Assembly (NCBI GenBank): GCA_041690595.1
Contig: JAWLHB010000042.1
Coordinates: forward strand, 55,365 to 75,364
Origin: Lentisphaeria bacterium
GTDB lineage: Bacteria > Verrucomicrobiota > Lentisphaeria > JABSQK01 > JAWLHB01
Direction of reading: 5' to 3'
Length of the DNA: 20,000 nucleotides
The notes beneath the pieces are model-generated. The model had not been told where the DNA came from and did no database searches. It saw nothing but the letters and a program-made list of their open reading frames with translations. A program made the translations under genes and the position numbers. Shown one piece after another: positions 9,260-15,831 of the stretch; within the stretch, counting starts at the first letter, position 1, and every line of letters starts with the position of its first letter.

Positions 9260-9495
9260 GTCAGACTTGTCCAACCCGTCCGACTCGTCTGACTTGTCCG
9301 ACTTGTCCAACCCGTCCGACTCGTCTGACTTGTCCGACTTGTCCAACCCGTCCGACTACGTCCGACTTGTCCGACTTGTCCAACCCGTCCGACTACGTCC
9401 GACTTGTCCGACTTGTCCAACCCGTCCGACTACGTCCGACTTGTCCGACTCGTCTGACAGGTCTGACTTGTCCGACATGGTCTGACGGGTTGGAC
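9260..9495. repeat. Tandem array of about 25 9/10-bp units (consensus GTCCGACTT) with 36-37 bp higher-order period and a terminal inverted copy
   Basis: GTCCAACCC variant recurs at 9269, 9305, 9341, 9378, 9415; GACGGGTTGGAC at 9484-9495 is the reverse complement of GTCCAACCCGTC. Confidence 0.95.
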
Positions 9496-9521
9496 GATGT
9501 ACGGGGCGGATCCCTCAGCCT

Positions 9522-9581
9522 GGGGACAGGTACATTCCCTCTGCCCGGGGACAGGTACTTCCCCATCCCGGGGACAGGTAC
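9522..9581. repeat. Three direct copies of GGGGACAGGTAC (REP-like)
   Basis: Exact 12-mer at 9522, 9547 and 9570, each followed by a TCCC tract. Confidence 0.85.
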
Positions 9582-9722
9582 TCTCCCGCAGTGCTTGGCC
9601 ACGAGCATCCACATGGTTCCGAAGAAAAAGGCAGGCCAACAAGAACCTAATGCCGGATGCTGATGGACCATGTATACCGGATTACTTTCCCATGGCTTCA
9701 TCTTGCGTCATTATGGCAATGC

Positions 9723-9751
9723 TTGCAAAGCCGGATTTCAATCGATATGTT
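9723..9751 (+). promoter_or_regulatory. Putative sigma70 promoter of the nuclease gene
   Basis: TTGCAA, 17-bp spacer, TATGTT, about 45 bp upstream of ATG 9795. Confidence 0.45.
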
Positions 9752-9794
9752 GCAGTCGTCTATCTGGAGTTCATTACCCACCAAAGGCAAACCT

Positions 9795-11321
9795 ATGCGA
9801 CTTGATGATTGTCTTCCATTAATGAGTCAACTCTATCTGGATCGAGTCGTGGGCAGCATTATCAAGGAGAACCTGCCGAAGCGGGATGAAGGACGGCTTC
9901 GCGAACAGATCCTGCAGAATGCGGATGAACTAGCCAGTGAGTCCCGGATCTGTCAGGCACTCAGTTTCAGGCAGCTATCACGGTCTCAGCGCATTCTGTT
10001 CGAACTCATTCTCACGGTCATTTTGGATTCCCCAGATTTCGCCTGCACGGAGGAAGGTGTCTTCAAGGCCGTGGAGGAATATGAAAGGGCGCTGATCGCC
10101 AAGGCTAGTGACGATGCAGTTATCTCTCTTTCGGATTCGAGGGCTGTGGAGATCTACCTGGTCGTGCTTGAGGTTGCGTTGGCAGACAATGAGATTACGC
10201 CTGACGAATTCAATCTTGTCGATCGGCTCCGGGAGAAGCTCAAGTTGACCCGCTATGAGCATCGTCTCCTTGAAGCGCGGCTGGGAAAGTTCCCTAAGCC
10301 CAACAGCGAACTACATGTTTTTGCGGAAGTGCGCGACGCGATCGCGCAACTGCAGAAGCTGGGTGTTATCCTATACTGCAACCGCAGTACAACTGGGCTG
10401 AACGTTTTGATTCCGGAGGAATTTGCGCCAGCCGTCAAGGCATGTCTCGGCTACGAGATGAGCGATAAGGCACAGACTTCGCTCCTGCAGTCACTGAACA
10501 GCAAGCAGCTTCACACGATCCTGTCTGCGTTCTCGTTGCCTGTCTCCGGCTCGAAGGAGGAGCGTGTCGCGCGCTTGCTCAACTGCCAATGCAAACCATC
10601 GGAAATGCTGGACACACTGAGCAATGATGAGATCCAAGAGATCTGTCGTCGCCTGCAGGGTGTCAAGATCTCGGGAGCCAAGTCCGAGAAAATCGTTCGC
10701 ATCATCAAGTACTATGACTCGTTGCTGCCCGATGTGCCGGAGATGAATGGCGATCCGCGAACGATCTTCTATCAGTTCTACGAGCAGTTCGCCTCGCGCG
10801 ACAACAAGAACCTCTACGAGAAGAAGATCATTACCCGAGATCGTGATATGGAAGGTGGCTTTGAGGAAGGAACCCGATACCTCTTCGAAGAGAAGTTTGG
10901 CTGGCCGCTCCTCGCTTTCAACGGCAGTGACCATGCCGATGGCGGCATCGAGCTGGAAAATGGGCAGCTTCTGCTCTGGGACAATAAGGGAAAGGAAAGC
11001 ATGTACAGCTTCCCGAAGTCTCATGCGGACCAGTTCAAGCGCTACCTTCGCGAGTCCGTCAAGCCTGTCTCCATCTTTCTGATTATCGTTCCTGATATTG
11101 ATGATAAGGCAGAGCTGCAGGCCAAGCGGATCAAGATCGAAACCAATACTGACGTCGGCATCATCACTGCACAGGATCTGAAGTTTATGGCCGAAAGCTG
11201 GCCCGAGGTTGTGAGGCTGGCCCGCCGACCACGGGAGAAGTTCCCTCTGCAGATCTTCAACTCCACAGGCATACTGAAACGTTCAGCTCTCAAGGAAGCG
11301 CTGAATATCGTGATGAATTGA
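9795..11321 (+). CDS. Putative endonuclease: TerB-like segment, two SAP-like motifs, C-terminal FokI-like PD-(D/E)xK domain (508 aa from ATG 9795)
   Basis: ALADNEITPDE..LREKLKL; LNSKQLHTILSAFSLPVSGSKEERVARLL and LSNDEIQEICRRLQGVKISGAKSEKIVRII; FEEGTRYLF..HADGGI..LLWDNK..YSFPKSHADQFKRY. Confidence 0.78.
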   Translation: MRLDDCLPLMSQLYLDRVVGSIIKENLPKRDEGRLREQILQNADELASESRICQALSFRQLSRSQRILFELILTVILDSPDFACTEEGVFKAVEEYERALIAKASDDAVISLSDSRAVEIYLVVLEVALADNEITPDEFNLVDRLREKLKLTRYEHRLLEARLGKFPKPNSELHVFAEVRDAIAQLQKLGVILYCNRSTTGLNVLIPEEFAPAVKACLGYEMSDKAQTSLLQSLNSKQLHTILSAFSLPVSGSKEERVARLLNCQCKPSEMLDTLSNDEIQEICRRLQGVKISGAKSEKIVRIIKYYDSLLPDVPEMNGDPRTIFYQFYEQFASRDNKNLYEKKIITRDRDMEGGFEEGTRYLFEEKFGWPLLAFNGSDHADGGIELENGQLLLWDNKGKESMYSFPKSHADQFKRYLRESVKPVSIFLIIVPDIDDKAELQAKRIKIETNTDVGIITAQDLKFMAESWPEVVRLARRPREKFPLQIFNSTGILKRSALKEALNIVMN

Positions 11322-11397
11322 TTAGAATTCGGCGTACGTCTTGTCAGTAGCGGCTGACCATCAGCGGTCGCTGGGGGGGGGCGTGTCGGCTTGTCGG

Positions 11398-12186
11398 TCA
11401 CGAAAGCTTGTGCCCGCAGTGGGGGCACACATTGCGCTCCTTCTTCTTCTGGATGGCCTCCACAAATCCAGACCCAAGAATCCCCGTCGGCAAAGCAAAC
11501 ATGCCAATTCCCAAGATGGCGACAATGCTTGCGCAGAACTTCCCGAGCAGCGTGACCGGGTACATGTCCCCGTATCCGACCGTTGTGAGCGTGGTGATCG
11601 ACCACCACATTGTAGCTGGAATGCTCGAGAAAGCATCTGGCTGGGCTCCGTTCTCGCAGTAGTAGAGGAGGCTGGATGATACGACAAGCAGGAGACCCAT
11701 CAGTGCCGAGGTGAGCACCAGTTCTTCTTTTTTGGCCAGGAAAACGTGCTTGATCAGGTTAAGTGACGAATAATACCGACTGACCTTGGCGACGCGGAGG
11801 ATCCTGAGAAGTCGGAGGACTCGGAGCGACCGAAGGTCGAATCCGAAGAAGGGAATATAGAAGGGGAGGATGGCGAGGAGGTCGATGATCGTCATTGGCC
11901 GAAGGGCAAGACGAATGCGGCCACGAAAGGGGCCGGTGAAATGCGAATCGCTGGTGCAGGACCACAGTCGGGCCACGTATTCTACTGAAAACACGGCAAC
12001 GGAAACTGCCTCAAAAACGTTCAGGAGCGCGCTCCAGCGTTCCTGAACGGACTGGACCGAGCCGACGATCACGGCGATGACGTTCAGAAAGATCAGTGAC
12101 AGGATGGCGAGATCAACCACGTGGCTCGCCGTATCGCCGTCTTTGGCCGTCTCGATAAGTTCCCATGTTCGCTTTCGGAGCCTCAT
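11398..12186 (-). CDS. 6-TM voltage-gated potassium channel (Ion_trans) with C-terminal CPHCG
   Basis: S4 sensor LRSLRVLRLLRILRVAK, pore helix ATMWWSITTL, filter TTVGYGD, IDLLAILPFY. Confidence 0.95.
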   Translation of the reverse strand: MRLRKRTWELIETAKDGDTASHVVDLAILSLIFLNVIAVIVGSVQSVQERWSALLNVFEAVSVAVFSVEYVARLWSCTSDSHFTGPFRGRIRLALRPMTIIDLLAILPFYIPFFGFDLRSLRVLRLLRILRVAKVSRYYSSLNLIKHVFLAKKEELVLTSALMGLLLVVSSSLLYYCENGAQPDAFSSIPATMWWSITTLTTVGYGDMYPVTLLGKFCASIVAILGIGMFALPTGILGSGFVEAIQKKKERNVCPHCGHKLS

Positions 12187-13367
12187 GAAGCGTTGCCTCC
12201 CGCTTGCGCATTGACCAGCAGGTCGATGGCCCGTCCAGTATAGATGGGGGCGTCAGTCTTCAGCAGGATGGGGCGACCCGAACCGGTCTTGGAGATCTCG
12301 ATCAGTCCCTCATCGATGTCCACATCCAGATCCTGAATGTCGGCAAGGCGGATGTTGGTCGTTCCATCGCCGACCACGAAGAGACGTTTATTGGTGAGGA
12401 TCATCGTTCCCTCACGTCTCAGAGAATACTCGTATCCCGTCGGCGAGGCTTTGGATTTACGCTTGGCGAGCACCCGGGCAGAGCATTGATAATAGGCTTC
12501 CTCGCTTTTCTGCGTTGGCGCGGCGAGTTGGTCGGGCTGGATTGGCTCGAAAGGGAGACGCAATGCCTGAGTATCGACAATCTCCTGCACGATGTCGAGT
12601 TCCCGCTGAACTTCGCCCTGAGGGATGCCCAGTCCCGCCATGAGGTTATTCAGCCTGTCGAGTTCTTCCTGGGTGATCTCCCGATCCCGAATCGCCTCAA
12701 CATAGGCGGCGGAGAAGATCTCCTTCTTGGTGCTCAATCGTGCCGCTGGGGTAATGCTGAGAGTCTGTTCGGCCGCCGCGATAGTCGTTGCCTCCTCCTT
12801 TGTGATGTGCTCGTCGTCAAGGATCTTGTCGAGTACCGCCTGATAGAGGTCCATCTCTATCGTGTCGATAGAATGCTGGTTTGTTCCGCCTTTGGGCAGC
12901 CTCGCTTGCTGTTCCTTCAGGCTGGAGAGCAGAGCGGCAGACGGGGGGCTTTGCATCGTGACGAAGGTTGCATCCAGAGACTGCTTGTAGGCGGCAATGG
13001 CAGCCTTTTGGCGAAAACGGACGGACAAGCGCAGAATCGGGATGGCGATGGCGATCACGATGCCGGCGACGAGAATGGCCGGATTCGCGATCAACCAGCG
13101 CAGAAGCCAGACCCCTAATCCTATGGCAACGACGATGAGCAGGAGTGTTACACAGCCTTCTCCGTCCGCTGCCGACTTCGTGCGCGATTGACCGGAGGCC
13201 AGTTGTTTCCGATAGTACAGGCCATGACGGCCTGCATGCACGTACGATCCGCGAGGGCCAGTTCCGATACGAGCACCTTTGACTCCGCCAGATAGGCCAA
13301 TGCCGCTTTTCGACAGGTTGAAGCGAATCGGCCCAGCGCGAAACGACTTTCTCAGGTACATGCCCAT
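12183..13367 (-). CDS. DUF4236-domain membrane protein with TerB-like and PH-like regions
   Basis: N-terminal LRKSFRAGPIRFNLSKSGIGLSGGVKGARIGTGPRG..GLYYRK; two hydrophobic TM segments; LDDEHITKEE and IRDREITQEE repeats; C-terminal GTMILTNKRLFVVG; strong GGAGG RBS. Confidence 0.82.
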   Translation of the reverse strand: MGMYLRKSFRAGPIRFNLSKSGIGLSGGVKGARIGTGPRGSYVHAGRHGLYYRKQLASGQSRTKSAADGEGCVTLLLIVVAIGLGVWLLRWLIANPAILVAGIVIAIAIPILRLSVRFRQKAAIAAYKQSLDATFVTMQSPPSAALLSSLKEQQARLPKGGTNQHSIDTIEMDLYQAVLDKILDDEHITKEEATTIAAAEQTLSITPAARLSTKKEIFSAAYVEAIRDREITQEELDRLNNLMAGLGIPQGEVQRELDIVQEIVDTQALRLPFEPIQPDQLAAPTQKSEEAYYQCSARVLAKRKSKASPTGYEYSLRREGTMILTNKRLFVVGDGTTNIRLADIQDLDVDIDEGLIEISKTGSGRPILLKTDAPIYTGRAIDLLVNAQAGGNAS

Positions 13368-13440
13368 GCACTTTCCTCCAAGTAATTACGGCAAGGTAAC
13401 GGCATTGCGCTTGAGCGTTGACACGTTGGTCAATGGCACG

Positions 13441-13773
13441 TCAGGGAGCATCTGGCTCGTCGCCGGGATGTTTCCTCGTATAGAAAACCAGCCCGACACG
13501 GTCGATGTGGTCGCGCAGCTCGGGGGTTTCGATCCTGTCATAAGCCGACAGGTCTACGGTATGGGGAATATAAGATTCGTCCAGCTCTCCCGCGATAGCG
13601 GAGAGTGTACGGTTATCCAGATCGTCGCCCATCAGCGTCAGATCGATATCCGAACCGGTCTTGTAGTTTCCTTTGGCGCGCGAGCCATAGATCACCGCCT
13701 TTTCGACGTTGGCATGCTGTTCGAGAATTCGTCGAATGGTGTCGCAGGTTATCTCCGAGAGGCCGAACTTCAT
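13441..13773 (-). CDS. Minimal nucleotidyltransferase (MNT, HI0073/MntA-type antitoxin)
   Basis: GSRAKGNYKTGSDID is an exact GSx10DxD motif; 110 aa; ATGA overlap with upstream HEPN gene. Confidence 0.93.
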   Translation of the reverse strand: MKFGLSEITCDTIRRILEQHANVEKAVIYGSRAKGNYKTGSDIDLTLMGDDLDNRTLSAIAGELDESYIPHTVDLSAYDRIETPELRDHIDRVGLVFYTRKHPGDEPDAP

Positions 13774-14189
13774 CCGACTTCCTCAGTGCAGCGCTTAGAA
13801 AACTCAAGGTGCAACGCCTGAAATTGCAGGAAGTAGCGGGTGACAATTGCCGTATAGATAGACTCGGCGGTATCGCGGTCGTAGGCGTGTGAGGTCAGGT
13901 TTCGGGACCTGATCATTTCCATCCAGATTTCGCCGTCGTCAATCAGCCCGCGCTTGAAGGCTTCACGCGTGGTATCGCGAGAGCCAATCAACCCTACGTG
14001 CCCTTGAAACTCAAGGTAGTCTTTGAGAAGGTTCCACGCCAGTTCATGGGTGTATTCAAATCCCTGGATAAGCCCTTGTTTTTCCAGCTTGGTCAGCGCT
14101 CTGGTTCCAGTCAGCTCCAGCCCTTCCTTCAGCTCAAGAAACGCTTTGCGGTAGTTACTGAATCGCTGTTTCCACCGAATGTCAGTCAT
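13770..14189 (-). CDS. HEPN protein, HI0074-family nucleotidyltransferase substrate-binding subunit (putative RNase toxin)
   Basis: DIRWKQRFSNY, GLIQGFEYTHELAWNLLKDYL, RNLTSHAY (Rx4HxY). Confidence 0.93.
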   Translation of the reverse strand: MTDIRWKQRFSNYRKAFLELKEGLELTGTRALTKLEKQGLIQGFEYTHELAWNLLKDYLEFQGHVGLIGSRDTTREAFKRGLIDDGEIWMEMIRSRNLTSHAYDRDTAESIYTAIVTRYFLQFQALHLEFSKRCTEEVG

Positions 14190-14391
14190 GGTGTGATTAT
14201 CCTTCTGGCAACGCTTTGATCATCTCAAGCCGACAGCCTGTCGTTCTTGTCGTCATGTCTGATCATATGAATTGCCTGGGCAGCACCCCATGTCAAGTCG
14301 GTTGAGGAAACTTGCACCGGACGGGTGTCTTGACGCTCGTTGGGCAAGGGGCGAAAAGAGACGCGGGGATGACGGGGCAGGCCCATTGCGG

Positions 14392-14427
14392 CGTCCATCC
14401 CGTCCATATCGTCCATATCGTCCATCC
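14392..14427. repeat. Four tandem 9-bp units CGTCCAT(AT/CC)
   Basis: cgtccatcc cgtccatat cgtccatat cgtccatcc. Confidence 0.85.
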
Positions 14428-14476
14428 TTGCGTGCTGAGCCCAAGTGGCGGCCGGCGACTCCATGCAAGTCTGGGG

Positions 14477-14505
14477 TTGACCGGAGGGGGGCGGGAGGGT
14501 AAAGT
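14477..14505 (+). promoter_or_regulatory. Putative sigma70 promoter of sbcDC
   Basis: TTGACC, 17-bp spacer, TAAAGT, about 33 bp upstream of the sbcD ATG. Confidence 0.55.
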
Positions 14506-14538
14506 GTGGCTTGACCACTGAAAGGGGGGCGCTGGAAG

Positions 14539-15831
14539 ATGATGAGTACAATATTGGCCAAGCCGGCGGGCGCCTATCGGGTGGTGCATACGGCTGACTG
14601 GCACCTCGGGAAATGCCTGGGGGAGAAGACGCGAGACGAGGAACACGCGGCTTTTCTGGATTTTCTGTGCGGGGCGATCAAGGAGCATGAGGTGGATGCG
14701 CTGGTGATCGCGGGGGACGTCTTCGATACGGCGAATCCGCCGCAACGGGCGGTGAGCCAGTATTACGAGTTTCTGGCGCGACTCTGCGCGGAGTGCGGGT
14801 GCTGCGTGGTGGTGGCGGCGGGGAATCACGATTCGCCGGGACACCTGGATGCTCCGCGAGACGTGCTGAAGAGCTTGCGCACGTACGTGATGGGAGCTTG
14901 CCCCGTGGAGGCGGACTCGCTGCTGATTCCGTTGCCGTCGGCGTCGGCGCCGCAACTGGTGGTGGCGGCGGTGCCATTTCTGCGCGACCGGGATCTGCGC
15001 ACGGCCTTTCCGGGAATGACGGGCGAGGCGATCATGAAGGCGCTGACGGAGGGAATCGAGCGGCGGTATCGTGAGCTGGCGGATGCGGCGGAAGTCTGGC
15101 ACGCGCGCGGCGTGCCGATCATGGCGATGGGGCATCTGACCGCGATCGGGGCAACGGCCAGTGACAGTGAGCGGGATGTCCATGTGGGAGGTCTCGGGGC
15201 GGTGAGCGCGCGGACCTTTCCGGAGCGTTTCTGCTACGTGGGGCTGGGCCATTTTCATCGTCCGCAGGCGGTTGGCGGTTGCGAACATGTCCGGTATTCG
15301 GGTTCGCCGCTGCCGCTTAGTTTCAGCGAGTCGAACGACCGAAAGTCGCTGTGTGTGCTCGACTTCGGCGAGGGGCGACTGCTGGCACAGCAGCAGCTGG
15401 CAATTCCGACGCATCGGTATCTGTTGCGCCTGAAGACGACGCGGGCGGAACTTGCAGGTGCGTTGCGCTTGCTGGAGCCACCGGCGGCGGCGGCGCCGGC
15501 ATGGCTGGAGATCTGCGTCGAAGGTGAGTCGACCGGCGATGGGCTGCTGTCGCTGGTGGATCAGGCGATGGCGGGTCGAACGGATCTGGAGGTGCTGCAG
15601 ATTGTGCGTGGTCTGGGACCGGGTGATTGCGCCAGGCTGACCGATGACGGGGAGGAGGCCGAACAGATCGAGGCCATTCTGGGTGACCCACTGGCACTCT
15701 TTGCCCGGCGCCTGGCGGCGGAAACGGAGCTGGCGGAGGAAGAGCGCGCGGCGCTCGAGACGGCTTTCGCGGAGTTGCTGGAGCTTCATGCGGACCAGCA
15801 GCGGGAGCGTGACGGGGGGGACTGGGCATGA
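14539..15831 (+). CDS. sbcD: Exonuclease SbcCD subunit D (Mre11-like)
   Basis: HTADWHLG, IAGDVFD, GNHDS, MGHL, LGHFHRPQ, RYSGSPLPLSFSE. Confidence 0.96.
   Translation: MMSTILAKPAGAYRVVHTADWHLGKCLGEKTRDEEHAAFLDFLCGAIKEHEVDALVIAGDVFDTANPPQRAVSQYYEFLARLCAECGCCVVVAAGNHDSPGHLDAPRDVLKSLRTYVMGACPVEADSLLIPLPSASAPQLVVAAVPFLRDRDLRTAFPGMTGEAIMKALTEGIERRYRELADAAEVWHARGVPIMAMGHLTAIGATASDSERDVHVGGLGAVSARTFPERFCYVGLGHFHRPQAVGGCEHVRYSGSPLPLSFSESNDRKSLCVLDFGEGRLLAQQQLAIPTHRYLLRLKTTRAELAGALRLLEPPAAAAPAWLEICVEGESTGDGLLSLVDQAMAGRTDLEVLQIVRGLGPGDCARLTDDGEEAEQIEAILGDPLALFARRLAAETELAEEERAALETAFAELLELHADQQRERDGGDWA

Noticed and set aside
9260..9495. CRISPR array (36-37 bp periodicity)
   Set aside because: No unique spacers; the whole tract is made of 9-mer variants and no cas genes are present
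9657..9794. N-terminal extension of the nuclease ORF
   Set aside because: Begins at a non-ATG codon and overlaps the predicted promoter; ATG 9795 is more plausible
8334..9805. ORFs translating the repeat region (SDLSNPSD or VRLV repeats)
   Set aside because: Products of the 9-mer array, with the frame broken by 10-bp units, and they overlap real genes
9795..11321. Classical Type IIS restriction-modification system
   Set aside because: No methyltransferase motifs in neighbouring ORFs and no recognisable Type IIS recognition domain
11322..11397. Bidirectional intrinsic terminator between convergent genes
   Set aside because: Only short 5-bp stems and no U-tract
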